DNA of 64,000 nucleotides from a virus, in IMG/VR virus record IMGVR_UViG_3300036861_001106, positions 32,001 through 96,000 of that record. One strand, written 5' to 3'. Below, one piece after another: positions 1 through 9,385 of this stretch. Below the pieces are notes generated by a model, which did no database searches, was not told the origin of the DNA, and saw only the letters and a program-made list of their open reading frames with translations. The first letter of the stretch is position 1; every line of letters begins with the position of its first letter. The translations under genes and the position numbers were made by a program.

Positions 1-51
1 GACGTTCCTGGTGACCAACTTTCACGACGACATCTTCGCCAAGGTTCGCCC

Positions 52-636
52 ATGACGGAGCCCAGGATCTTCACCTGCGAGGAGTGGGGTGCCCTCCCCG
101 TGCACCGGGCCTTTCCCACCAAGCCTGCGGTGGGCACCGTGATTCACCACACTGCGTCGCCGAATGCCACGCCGCTCCTGGGTCCTGAGGAGCTGCACCG
201 GTCCTTCAAGCTGGCTCGGGCCATCCAGCGGGACCACCTCGCGCGAAGGTGGGCGGACACCGGGCAGCACTTCCTGGTCAGCCGCGGTGGCATCATCCTG
301 GAGGGGCGCCATGGGAGCCTTGCCGCCGCACGCCGGGGGCGCTGCGTGCGTGGCTCCCACGCAGGCAACAACCTGGCGAACTCCCAGTGGTTCGGCATCG
401 AGACCGAGGGGCGCTACGACCAGGAGTTCCTCGTCACCGATGCACAGTGGCAGGCGCTGGTGACGCTGCATGCGTGGTTGGCCCACTGGGGTGACTTCGA
501 CACGGCGACTGTTCAACCACACAGTCACTTCAGGCCAACGGAGTGTCCTGGGCACCTCCGCGATCACCTTGGCCGGCTGCGGCAGGAGGCCCATGACCTG
601 AAGATGAGGCTCAGGTTCCCACAAGATAACCCTTGA
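52..636 (+). CDS. N-acetylmuramoyl-L-alanine amidase (Amidase_2/PGRP-like endolysin)
   Basis: VIHHTA, GQHFLV..G.I.EGR, GSHA, GIE, HSHFRPTECPG Zn-amidase motifs. Confidence 0.9.
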   Translation: MTEPRIFTCEEWGALPVHRAFPTKPAVGTVIHHTASPNATPLLGPEELHRSFKLARAIQRDHLARRWADTGQHFLVSRGGIILEGRHGSLAAARRGRCVRGSHAGNNLANSQWFGIETEGRYDQEFLVTDAQWQALVTLHAWLAHWGDFDTATVQPHSHFRPTECPGHLRDHLGRLRQEAHDLKMRLRFPQDNP

Positions 637-707
637 GGGTGACCCAGTCCGTGTCAAGTGTCGCTGAATCGCGGTAGAATTCAGACAAGTGTCAGAGTGG
701 AGGCTCC

Positions 708-1139
708 ATGTTCGAGCAATTGCTGAAGTTTGCGCTGCCGCACCTTGGAGGTGACCTCAAGGATCGTCTCCTCCACCAGTTGGAGGCGGCAGTCAAGCAG
801 CTCGCGGTGGATCAGCTCGCCAAGAGCACGGCGCACGTCCTGCTGAAGTCCATCGACAGTGTGATCGCGGTGGCGGTGGCCAACCTCTCCCGGGGTGATG
901 CGCAGAAGCTTGCCAGCGCCTACGCGCTGGAGGTCCTGCGGCAGCTCGACCAGCTCAGTGACGCGGTGCATGCCTACATCCCCATGCAGGTCACGGTGGA
1001 GGTGGCCAAGCAGGAGCATGGGGCCACAAGCCCGCAGGCTGCGGCTGCCCGCAAGGCCCGCGAGGCTGGGATTGCGGAGCTGAAACAAGAGGTAAAGGAC
1101 CTCTTGAAGTCGGCCACCGGTGGAGATGTGAAGGACTAG
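708..1139 (+). CDS. hypothetical helical protein
   Basis: ORF with GGAGG RBS, GC3-biased codons. Confidence 0.7.
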   Translation: MFEQLLKFALPHLGGDLKDRLLHQLEAAVKQLAVDQLAKSTAHVLLKSIDSVIAVAVANLSRGDAQKLASAYALEVLRQLDQLSDAVHAYIPMQVTVEVAKQEHGATSPQAAAARKAREAGIAELKQEVKDLLKSATGGDVKD

Positions 1140-1151
1140 GGGGACACGTCG

Positions 1152-4100
1152 TTGCCCTACGCCAGGACCAGCGAGCTGCCAGAGGGTGTCAAGGGTGCCC
1201 TGCCGAAGCGGGGTCAACGCATCTTTCGCGCTGCGTTCAATGCCGCTCACCGCACCTACGGTGGCAATGAGGAGCGGGCCTTCAAAGTGGCCTGGGCGGC
1301 GGTGAAGCGCGTCTTCAAGAAGAAGGGTGGCAAGTGGGTCAAGGCCAGCCAGTCTGATCTGACCACCCAGCAGCTCCTCCTGGACACGCAGCGGCTCTAC
1401 CAGGAGCACTGGCGCCGCAACCCCGAGGCGCTGCCTGCCCAGCGCACGGTCAACGACCTGCTGGCGCAGGTGGCAGCCAACCCGACACAGGACTTGCGAC
1501 TCCTGCGGCAGCTTGAGGGGCTCGGTGTCCCGTACTTTGACTTCGAGGCGCTTGTGCAGTCATACGCGAATCCAATGCCGTGTGCGCCTCACACCGATGA
1601 CTTTCCCGGCTCCCTGGACCACCGCATCCGGCGGGTGTGCTGCGCCGTGCGGGATGAGGGCGACGAGTACCTGGGCGAGTACGGGTACGTGCTGGCAGTC
1701 TACCCCAACTTCGCCGTCTGCTGCTCCCTGGACGAGGGCGATGAGGACACTGACTACTGGAAGGTTGACTACACGTTCAACCCGACGACGTTTGAGGTGG
1801 CACTGGGCGACGCCCAGCCGGTCGAGGTCCTGACCGTCGTGGTGCCGCATGAGGGGGAGGCGATGGAGACACCAGAGCGCGAGGGCCTGAACATCGGCGG
1901 GACTCAGACCGTGGTCGACCAGGAGGCCAAGTTCAAGACCGACAACGGTCAGCAGTTCTCCCGAGGTGCCTACCTCATCATCGGCGACCCTGACCTCCCC
2001 TCGACCTGGAAGGTGCGCGTGGAGGAGACGCCGGGCAAGGTGACGGTGCCGCAGCTTGGGCGTGCCTACGCAGCCCTGACCAAGGGCTTTCGGGGCAACA
2101 AGGTTGCAGCCTCCGGCGGTGACAAGTCGGCGGCGCTGGGCAAGCTCAAGTCGCTCTACAAGTCGCACGACGCCGAGTGGCCCGGTGACAAGCAGAGCGT
2201 GGCGCCTGACCTCACGGGGGCCTTGAACCAGGACCCCCAGTGGACCACCACGCCCACCTGGCTGGCCCAGGGGCAGCCGCCGCCGGGCGGGGACGAGGAC
2301 CTCGTCCAGACCTGCGCGCTTGAGCTTGAGCAGGTGGAGGTGGACAAGCAGACGGGAGTCATGCACATTCGAGCCTGCCTCACCGTCGGGAACGTCCTGA
2401 ACGCCATGGGGGAGGTCTACCCGACGCAGGTGTGGGAGGACAACCTCCCCTTCTTGCAGACAGCCGCCGAGCAGGGGGCGCTCCTCGGCGAGTCCAACCA
2501 CCCACCGCCGGGTGAGTCATCCCTGGACCGCTCCTGCATCCTCTGGGATGAGGTGTGGCTTGAGGGTGACCGGCTGATGGGCGCTGGTCGCGTGCTGCCC
2601 ACGGTGCCCTCTGGGCAGAACCTGCAGATGCTCCTGCAGCACGATGCCAAGGTGGACGTCTCCTCCCGGGGCAAGGGCACGCGCAAGCAGGGCGACTGGG
2701 TCAACCCCACCACCGGCGAGCGGTACCAGGATGCGTTGGTGATCCAGCGTGGGTACCGCTGCCGCACATTCGACGCTGTCGGGTCCGGCGCCTCGCCGGG
2801 CGCGACCATCACCACGCACGAGATGGCGCAGCAGGCCGACCTTACTGCTGAGGAGCACGACATGAAAGAGATCGAAACCCTGTCGCAGCAGGTCCAGGCG
2901 CAGGCTGCGACCCTCGCGCAGATCACCGAGACGCTGGCGAAGCTTGCCGCACCCCCGCCCGCCCCGACACCCCCTGCGGCGGGCGCTGCCACCGCCGCGC
3001 TGGATGTCCCGGTTACCGCACCAGCCACAGCAGCACTGCAGCAGGCAGCCCCGGACTTCGTGGCTACCCTCACCGCGGTGGCTGCGCAGCAGGAGCGGAT
3101 GATGCCCCTCCTGCTGGAGGAGCGCAAGCGGCAGCTCCTGGAGCAGGCGCGCACGGAGCACAAGCTCCCGCAACAGTGGCTCAACTCCTACCGCAACATC
3201 CTCAACGAGGGGCAGTGCAAGTCCATCGCGGAGCTGGAGGCGCACTCCGAGCGCATGCTGCCGGCGGTGCTCTCGATGTACAAGGAGCGCCCGCAGTTGG
3301 CGCACGGCTTCCAGGTCCAGCAGGACCCTGGGGAGCGCCCTGGCCCGAAGACCCCCCGGCAGATGATTGACTTCCTGGTCAAGGACGTGGACGACACGGT
3401 CCTCTACGACCCACAGAGCTTCATCCGGCAGGATGATGAGACAGGTGCGCCGGTGCACGCACCCGACTCGGTGAAGACCCGGCGGCGCCAACTGCGGCAG
3501 ATCCTGCTGAACATCGCCCAGCACCAGGATGACAACTGGAATGGCCCTGCTGCGCTGACGGCGTTTGTGCGGCTCTACCAGGGCTACGACCCCATCCAGG
3601 TCAAGGATGCATGGATGGACCAGGCCTGCGCTGACTGCACCACCTCGGTGGCAGCCGGTGGCGCGCCCTCCAGCGCGCTGTTCATCTTCCCGCTGGTCCG
3701 GGCGGTCTACCCGCAGCTCATCGCGCCGGAGATCGCCTCTATCCAGCCGATGGACCGGCCTGACGGGCGCATCTTCTTCCTGAATGCGTTCCGGTGCCCA
3801 GTGCCGGGCATGGACGTGGTGGACCAGTCGGGGGCCACGATCTCCAACCGGATGTTCATGGACCGCAGCTCGTCCTTCAGCTCGTCCTTCGCGGATCGCG
3901 CGGCTGAGTGCGACGAGGCGGCGAAGATCCAGCTCCGGCTGGCCTCCGTGTCGGTGACGGCGACGACCAAGGCCCTCACCTCCATCAACACGATTGAGGA
4001 GCTGCAGGACCTGCGGGCCTACCATGGGCTGGACGTGAACACCGAGCTGATGTCAGCCCTCTCCCGGGAGATTGCCCTGGAGTGGAACCTCACCGTGCTC

Positions 4101-4646
4101 AACGAGATGGTCGCGGGCGCCACGGCCAGCGCACGCTTCTATGGCACCAACGCTCCCACTGGCTACACGCAGAAGGAGTGGGCGGAGTACCTGCCGCGCT
4201 ACATCGACGCGGTGAGCATGGACATCTTCTCCAAGCGCCACGGCAACGCGACGCACGTCATCGCCGGGCCGCAGGCCATCCTCCGGTTGGGCGCAGCCTA
4301 CCGGCAGCCGGTGCAGCCGACGGGGGTCAATCCGCAGGTCTACCCCGGCCTGGCCGTGACGCCCTGGCTGGCTGGCACCAGCGCTGACATCAAGGTCTAC
4401 CAGACGAGCTTCTGGACAGGGGTGAACCAGAACACCATCCTGGTCATCCGCCGGGGTGCCGACTGGTCGGACACGGGGTACGTGTTCGCCCCCTACATCG
4501 ACTACATCGCGCCCCTCCTGACGCTGCCGGACACCTTCACCCAGAAGCAGGGTGTGATGTCCCGTGCAGCGCACCGGGTGGTCGTGGGTGACACCATGGG
4601 CACCATCACCATCGTGCCGGGTGACACCGGCGTTGAGGTGCCGTAG
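1152..4646 (+). CDS. head polyprotein: ChaB domain + T4 gp21-like prohead protease + scaffold + T4 gp23-like major capsid protein
   Basis: N-terminal MPY..ELP..VK..LP..GQ.IF..AFN.A..AW.AVK (ChaB); GESNHP and VSSRG.G (gp21 protease); IASIQPMDRPDG.IF, ELQDL.A.HGLD, GYVFAPY (gp23). Confidence 0.85.
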   Translation: MPYARTSELPEGVKGALPKRGQRIFRAAFNAAHRTYGGNEERAFKVAWAAVKRVFKKKGGKWVKASQSDLTTQQLLLDTQRLYQEHWRRNPEALPAQRTVNDLLAQVAANPTQDLRLLRQLEGLGVPYFDFEALVQSYANPMPCAPHTDDFPGSLDHRIRRVCCAVRDEGDEYLGEYGYVLAVYPNFAVCCSLDEGDEDTDYWKVDYTFNPTTFEVALGDAQPVEVLTVVVPHEGEAMETPEREGLNIGGTQTVVDQEAKFKTDNGQQFSRGAYLIIGDPDLPSTWKVRVEETPGKVTVPQLGRAYAALTKGFRGNKVAASGGDKSAALGKLKSLYKSHDAEWPGDKQSVAPDLTGALNQDPQWTTTPTWLAQGQPPPGGDEDLVQTCALELEQVEVDKQTGVMHIRACLTVGNVLNAMGEVYPTQVWEDNLPFLQTAAEQGALLGESNHPPPGESSLDRSCILWDEVWLEGDRLMGAGRVLPTVPSGQNLQMLLQHDAKVDVSSRGKGTRKQGDWVNPTTGERYQDALVIQRGYRCRTFDAVGSGASPGATITTHEMAQQADLTAEEHDMKEIETLSQQVQAQAATLAQITETLAKLAAPPPAPTPPAAGAATAALDVPVTAPATAALQQAAPDFVATLTAVAAQQERMMPLLLEERKRQLLEQARTEHKLPQQWLNSYRNILNEGQCKSIAELEAHSERMLPAVLSMYKERPQLAHGFQVQQDPGERPGPKTPRQMIDFLVKDVDDTVLYDPQSFIRQDDETGAPVHAPDSVKTRRRQLRQILLNIAQHQDDNWNGPAALTAFVRLYQGYDPIQVKDAWMDQACADCTTSVAAGGAPSSALFIFPLVRAVYPQLIAPEIASIQPMDRPDGRIFFLNAFRCPVPGMDVVDQSGATISNRMFMDRSSSFSSSFADRAAECDEAAKIQLRLASVSVTATTKALTSINTIEELQDLRAYHGLDVNTELMSALSREIALEWNLTVLNEMVAGATASARFYGTNAPTGYTQKEWAEYLPRYIDAVSMDIFSKRHGNATHVIAGPQAILRLGAAYRQPVQPTGVNPQVYPGLAVTPWLAGTSADIKVYQTSFWTGVNQNTILVIRRGADWSDTGYVFAPYIDYIAPLLTLPDTFTQKQGVMSRAAHRVVVGDTMGTITIVPGDTGVEVP

Positions 4647-4690
4647 ACTGACCGAGTGCCAGGCTGCCCCCTGGCGCTCACCAACTCACC

Positions 4691-4918
4691 ATGAGTGAAC
4701 TCCGAGGGCTGGTCAAGAACATGGGTAACGCGCCGGTGAAGTGGGGGACCACTGTGATTCCACCCCACGCCATCGGCACGTTGCCCCTGGTGACGATTCA
4801 CGTGCTGCAGCGGCGACCCATCCCGCAACTCAAGGTGATGGAGGATGACCCGCTGCTGCAGCCCTTCGTGCGGACTCCGCATCAACCGTTCTCGGCAAGA
4901 TACTGCAGGGAGGAGTGA
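4691..4918 (+). CDS. hypothetical protein
   Basis: short ORF directly after the capsid gene. Confidence 0.55.
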   Translation: MSELRGLVKNMGNAPVKWGTTVIPPHAIGTLPLVTIHVLQRRPIPQLKVMEDDPLLQPFVRTPHQPFSARYCREE

Positions 4919-4921
4919 CCA

Positions 4922-5101
4922 GTGCACAACGTTCAAATTCAACCGGGCAAGTGGTACTGCGTCGACAGTAACGCCCCGCACCACGTCAAGGCTGGGCCCT
5001 TCGACACGCAGGCTGAGGCTGCGAGTGCGTCCAGTGCAATGGATCAGGTGCTGGTGGGCACGAACTCGGTTCTCTGGGGTGATCCCATCGACGAGGACTA
5101 G
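4922..5101 (+). CDS. small hypothetical protein (59 aa, not in ORF track), paralog of 5129-5395
   Basis: GGAGGAG RBS then GTG; MHNVQIQPGKWYCVDSNAPHHVKAGPFDTQAEA.. resembles WYVVDGQDNVLSGPYTDKGAA. Confidence 0.6.
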   Translation: MHNVQIQPGKWYCVDSNAPHHVKAGPFDTQAEAASASSAMDQVLVGTNSVLWGDPIDED

Positions 5102-5128
5102 CAGGCGTCGACAACGGACGGGGAGGAG

Positions 5129-5395
5129 GTGAGTAGGATGCTGGTGAAGGACCAGTGGTACGTCGTGGATGGGCAGGACAACGTGCTCTCCGGGCCCTAC
5201 ACGGACAAGGGCGCCGCGGAGGGGCACGTGACGGGGAGTGGGCAGTTCGTGAAGCAGGCGCTGGACGGGACGACCTTCGTGGCGACTCCGACGCAGGACG
5301 TCGACCTGCTGCCCAAGGGCAAGCGGGTGTTGACGGGTGAGTCGGATGCCATCAAGGTTGACCGCACCGACGTGATGTCCAAGAAGAAGCCGTAA
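5129..5395 (+). CDS. hypothetical protein
   Basis: GGAGGAG RBS, GC3 bias. Confidence 0.65.
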   Translation: MSRMLVKDQWYVVDGQDNVLSGPYTDKGAAEGHVTGSGQFVKQALDGTTFVATPTQDVDLLPKGKRVLTGESDAIKVDRTDVMSKKKP

Positions 5396-5401
5396 GTCGG
5401 G

Positions 5402-6169
5402 ATGACCAACGAGCAAATCATTGAGGCAATCAGGGAGGGCGGCTACCCTGACAATCTCCTGGACAGCGAGATTGTCGGGGCAGTGAAGTACGTCCTGCGG
5501 GACCTCAAGTTCGAGTACCCGGTGATGCTCGGCGGCTTCTTCGACCTAGTGCCCTGCCAACAGGTGTACGACCTGTTCAACACGGTGCCGGACGCAGCGA
5601 CGAGCCAGGGGGTCTTTCCCGGCGGGCTGCGCGCCTACGAGCTGGTCTGGACCAACAACCTGTCGGGGGACAACCTCAGCGTCTTCGGGCTGGCCCCCAT
5701 CCTCCAGGGGGGGGCACCGATCCTGGGGTTGCCCTCCACCTGGTCCTTCTACACCCCTGGCGACTGGGTGCTGTGGGACCAGGACTGGGCTGCGCTGATT
5801 CACCGGTTCTCACCGGGGGAGTTCGAGCACCTGGACAACCGCCCTGGCTCGCCCATCCGGGTCTTCCCGGTGCCCCAGGGGGCCTGTCGCGCCTTCGTGC
5901 GGTTCACAAAGCCGCGCACCGAGGCTGAGCTGCGGGACGAGGACGAGTCCTGGTTCCTGAAGCTCGTCGAGGCGCGCTGCTGCCGCGTGCTGGCACGGAC
6001 GTTCAGCCTCTGCGCGGGCATCACCTTCGCCGAGGCGCTGCGGGACGACGGCAAGCTGCTCAGGCACTGGGAGCAGGAGGCCAAGGACCTGGAGGAGCAG
6101 GGGTGGGAACTCTTCAATGCGCGGCGTCATGAGGGCGTCTGGCCGGCACAGCGGAGTCACGGGCCATGA
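5402..6169 (+). CDS. putative head-tail adaptor/neck protein
   Basis: synteny after capsid and before tail genes. Confidence 0.55.
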   Translation: MTNEQIIEAIREGGYPDNLLDSEIVGAVKYVLRDLKFEYPVMLGGFFDLVPCQQVYDLFNTVPDAATSQGVFPGGLRAYELVWTNNLSGDNLSVFGLAPILQGGAPILGLPSTWSFYTPGDWVLWDQDWAALIHRFSPGEFEHLDNRPGSPIRVFPVPQGACRAFVRFTKPRTEAELRDEDESWFLKLVEARCCRVLARTFSLCAGITFAEALRDDGKLLRHWEQEAKDLEEQGWELFNARRHEGVWPAQRSHGP

Positions 6170-6591
6170 CGAACTGCTGCGCGGACCTGTGGCGCCAGCG
6201 CCTCCTTGCCCTGGCCACCACCTGTGGGTGCGGCGCTGAGTCCGTCACCACGACGTTCACGCTCTACCGGCGCACGCTGAACGACCCGCTGGCACCGCCG
6301 CGGGATGACATCGGGCTTGAGCGCCGCCCGATCCTGCAAGACTTTGCGCCGATTCTGGTTGACGAGCCCTGCGTCTTCGCCGGGGTCAACCCGAAGCAGG
6401 ACCGGTGGAACGTCGCCCCGGAGGGGCAGCAGCAGACCGAGCTGGTGACGCTGTACACGGGTTTTCAGGACATCCGTGAGGGTGACAACCTGGTGCTGGC
6501 GGCGGACGGGAAGAGCTACCTGGTGGAGGCGTCGACCTACGTGGGGCCGTTGCGACGGTGCTTCCTGAACAGCTCGAAGGCACAGCTCTGA
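6166..6591 (+). CDS. putative head-closure protein
   Basis: synteny; DIREGDNL..DGKSYLV beta-rich pattern; ATGA overlap. Confidence 0.55.
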   Translation: MTNCCADLWRQRLLALATTCGCGAESVTTTFTLYRRTLNDPLAPPRDDIGLERRPILQDFAPILVDEPCVFAGVNPKQDRWNVAPEGQQQTELVTLYTGFQDIREGDNLVLAADGKSYLVEASTYVGPLRRCFLNSSKAQL

Positions 6592-6750
6592 GGGTAGACC
6601 CCTCAGAGCTGTGGTCGAAGCCCTTCAAGCTCCCATGGCAGTAACGTGGAGGTCCGGGTCTAGAGTATGCTTAGTGATACCGGGATGGCCACTGAGTGTC
6701 AAGAGATGATTTTCTAGCGTGTTGAAACGCCGCTGTTTGGAGCGACCCAA

Positions 6751-7299
6751 GTGCCGGACCCGTTGGCTGACGTCAAGCGTGAGTTTCGCCGCGTGGAGCG
6801 GGCGATGGTGCAGGCGCTGGCCGGTGCCGTCAAGGAGGCTGCCCAGGCGGTGTTGGCGGAGATGCAGCAGCTCACGGCGGCGATTGGGCACACCCCGGCA
6901 GACCTGGCGCGCCTGGGTCACCCGTACGCCAGGCGGCTCCCGGCGGGGAGTGGCCCGTTCGAGGACTGGATCACGCACCACCAGAGCGGCAGCCTGCACG
7001 GTGGGCTGCGGGCGCCAGGCGCGGTGCGCGCGAAGGAGTTTGTGGAGGCGCAGATTCACTCCACCTCCCCGCACACCTGGTACGTGGTGCAGGACGAGCG
7101 GGCCAGCGCGGCGGGGAAGATGCGGCCAAGGGACTTCGTGACGGCCGCGCTGATCTACCAGGAGGATGCGGTGGCAGCCATCATCGCAGCAGCGCACGCC
7201 AGCGTGCACGACGTGCTGGGCACGACGCCCGGGTACCGGCCGCAGTTGACGCCCATCAACCACGGCAGCGTCGCCGCTGATCTGCCGGAGCGTGATTGA
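6751..7299 (+). CDS. putative tail-completion protein (HK97 gp10-like)
   Basis: SGSL..GL and GKMRPRDF motifs; synteny. Confidence 0.6.
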   Translation: MPDPLADVKREFRRVERAMVQALAGAVKEAAQAVLAEMQQLTAAIGHTPADLARLGHPYARRLPAGSGPFEDWITHHQSGSLHGGLRAPGAVRAKEFVEAQIHSTSPHTWYVVQDERASAAGKMRPRDFVTAALIYQEDAVAAIIAAAHASVHDVLGTTPGYRPQLTPINHGSVAADLPERD

Positions 7300-7751
7300 T
7301 GGCAGTCACCTCCAGACCCATCGCCGCCTTTCGGCAGCGGCTCCTGAGCAGCGCCGAGTTCGCCGCCTTCGTGAACTTCCTGCCGGATGGCAGCGTGGAC
7401 CCACAGGGGGGTCGCATCTACCCCCGGCATCTCATCGACGTGCGGCAGCCGGTCTATCCGTGCGTGACGCTCTACGTGGAACGTGGGCGGCAGGGGGTGT
7501 GGGCGCCACGGATCTACGACCCTGGCTTCATGCTGGTGCAGTTCTACTCGCAGGACGACCAGGGTGAGACGATGGAGATGTACGACGTGGCCAGTCAGCT
7601 CCTGCACAACCAGAAGACGCTCCTCTCGACGAGCGACTTCTGCTGCCACGAGGTGCGGGAGGTGATGGCTGACTCCGGCGTGTGGCTGGAGGCAAGTAGC
7701 GCGTGGCAGGTCAGTGCGCGTTACCTGTTCCGCGGAAGCGTGCTGACCTGA
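7296..7751 (+). CDS. putative tail terminator
   Basis: GRIYP..YPCVT..VQFYS pattern; immediately before the tail tube gene. Confidence 0.6.
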   Translation: MMAVTSRPIAAFRQRLLSSAEFAAFVNFLPDGSVDPQGGRIYPRHLIDVRQPVYPCVTLYVERGRQGVWAPRIYDPGFMLVQFYSQDDQGETMEMYDVASQLLHNQKTLLSTSDFCCHEVREVMADSGVWLEASSAWQVSARYLFRGSVLT

Positions 7752-7789
7752 CAACCCCGGGCGCCGCCCGGCTGTGATCGGAGGACAAC

Positions 7790-8413
7790 ATGCCTGCTGG
7801 GACGCGAATCACCACCGCCGACATCAGCCTCGGGATCGGCGTGCTTGAGTTCGGCAACTACGACACCAACGACGTCTTTCAGGGCTTTCAGGACGTGGGG
7901 GCCATCAAGGGCGTCTTCTCCATGGAGATCACGCGTGAGACGCGGGACTTCGAGACGAGCCAGCCCCTCATCGTCGTGAAGCGCCAGGTCCTGCGGGAGC
8001 GCGTGCAGATCACCTTCACCATGGCGGAGTGGCGCGTGGCCAACTTGAAGCTTGCCTTCGGCGGCGGCGTCATCTCCAGCTCGCAGGCGGGCTTCACCTT
8101 CATCGACGGGACCACGGTGGCGCCCACTGGCGACCTCACCACCAGCGTCACTGTAGTGGGAACGAACGACCAGTTCAAGCTGGGTGGACAGTGCGCCCTC
8201 GACAAGGTTGGGCTGCGGTTCACCCACGTCAAGTCCTGCGTGACGGGGAAGCGACAGATCGCTGAGGTCTACTTCGCGCAGGCTGTGGGGACGGCGACGC
8301 TGCCCTGGAACGAGGAAGATTGGAACCAGTTCGAGGTGCAGTTCATCGCGCTGGCAGACACCACCCGGCCAGCCGGTGAGCAGTACTTCACGCTGATTGA
8401 CGAGCGGAACTAG
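7790..8413 (+). CDS. major tail tube protein
   Basis: DVGAIKG, ITFTMAEW..NLKLA, EVQFIAL.D; synteny. Confidence 0.75.
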   Translation: MPAGTRITTADISLGIGVLEFGNYDTNDVFQGFQDVGAIKGVFSMEITRETRDFETSQPLIVVKRQVLRERVQITFTMAEWRVANLKLAFGGGVISSSQAGFTFIDGTTVAPTGDLTTSVTVVGTNDQFKLGGQCALDKVGLRFTHVKSCVTGKRQIAEVYFAQAVGTATLPWNEEDWNQFEVQFIALADTTRPAGEQYFTLIDERN

Positions 8414-8463
8414 GAGTGCGAGGTGGCTCCGCTTGGAGCCACCTACCCCTTTCCTGGAGGACC

Positions 8464-8940
8464 ATGAGCAATCGAATCCTTGACCTTGACGCTGACGCCA
8501 TGATTGAGGTGACCCTGGGTGGTCGCTCCTTCACCATCACGCAGCAGCGAGCTGCCGTCCTGGAGCAGGTGCTGCTGGCGGTCTACAACGACAGCCAGCA
8601 GGCGGACCTCAAGGACGACGCTACCATGCGGGAGCTGTCGCAGCTCAGCCTCGCCCGCTGGCAGGAATCCATCCCCACCTTCGCCCTCATCCTCGGGGTG
8701 GAGCCGGGTGACGCAAACCACCGGGACACGGTGGCGCACCTGGAGACGCACCTGACCTTCCCGAAGGCGCAGCAACTCTTTGAGGCGTGGTACGAGCTGA
8801 ACCAGGTGGAGAGTTTTTTCTACCAGGCCGGCAACCCGCTGATTCCGCTGGCCCGCCTGCGGGAGTTCAGGGCAACGGCCAACGGCGACGCGCTGACGCT
8901 GTCGTCCGCCGATTCGAATCTGACCCCGACTTCACCCTAG
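8464..8940 (+). CDS. tail assembly chaperone (short form)
   Basis: lies between tail tube and tape measure; GGAGG RBS. Confidence 0.75.
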   Translation: MSNRILDLDADAMIEVTLGGRSFTITQQRAAVLEQVLLAVYNDSQQADLKDDATMRELSQLSLARWQESIPTFALILGVEPGDANHRDTVAHLETHLTFPKAQQLFEAWYELNQVESFFYQAGNPLIPLARLREFRATANGDALTLSSADSNLTPTSP

Positions 8941-9311
8941 ACTACGTGGACCGCTGCGAGGCCCTGGGGGCGGCCTACGGGTGCTCACCCCTCGTGGTCC
9001 TGCGGTGGCCTCGGGTGAAGGTCGAGGAGCTGTGGCGCTCCTACAGCAAGCGGGAGCGCCGGAGGTGGAAGATGGAGCTGTTGACGCGGGGGGTGGCGGC
9101 TGGCGCAGACCTGGAGGGTACCGATGCCGCCGAGGGGGCCACTGGGTCAGGCGGCCGCAACGGTGAGTTCGAGCGCCGCCCACGCCCCTACTACGCCCCG
9201 ACTGACGTGGGCATGCGGCCGGCGCAGGACGGTGATGACTGGGACGTGCCGGAGTCCGAGGTCAACCGCCTTGCCATGCTCTTCCCGGAGGCCATCAAGA
9301 TCCGGCACTGA
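8464..9311 (+). CDS. tail assembly chaperone, -1 frameshifted long form (~282 aa)
   Basis: in-frame slippery heptamer T TTT TTC at 8814-8820 leads into the -1 ORF ending at 9311. Confidence 0.7.
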
Positions 9312-9385
9312 GCCCGCACCGCAAGTGCTGCCCCTGACGGCAGGGCCTACAATGGGGTAGGTTCTGCCGTTTTCGTTGGGACACC

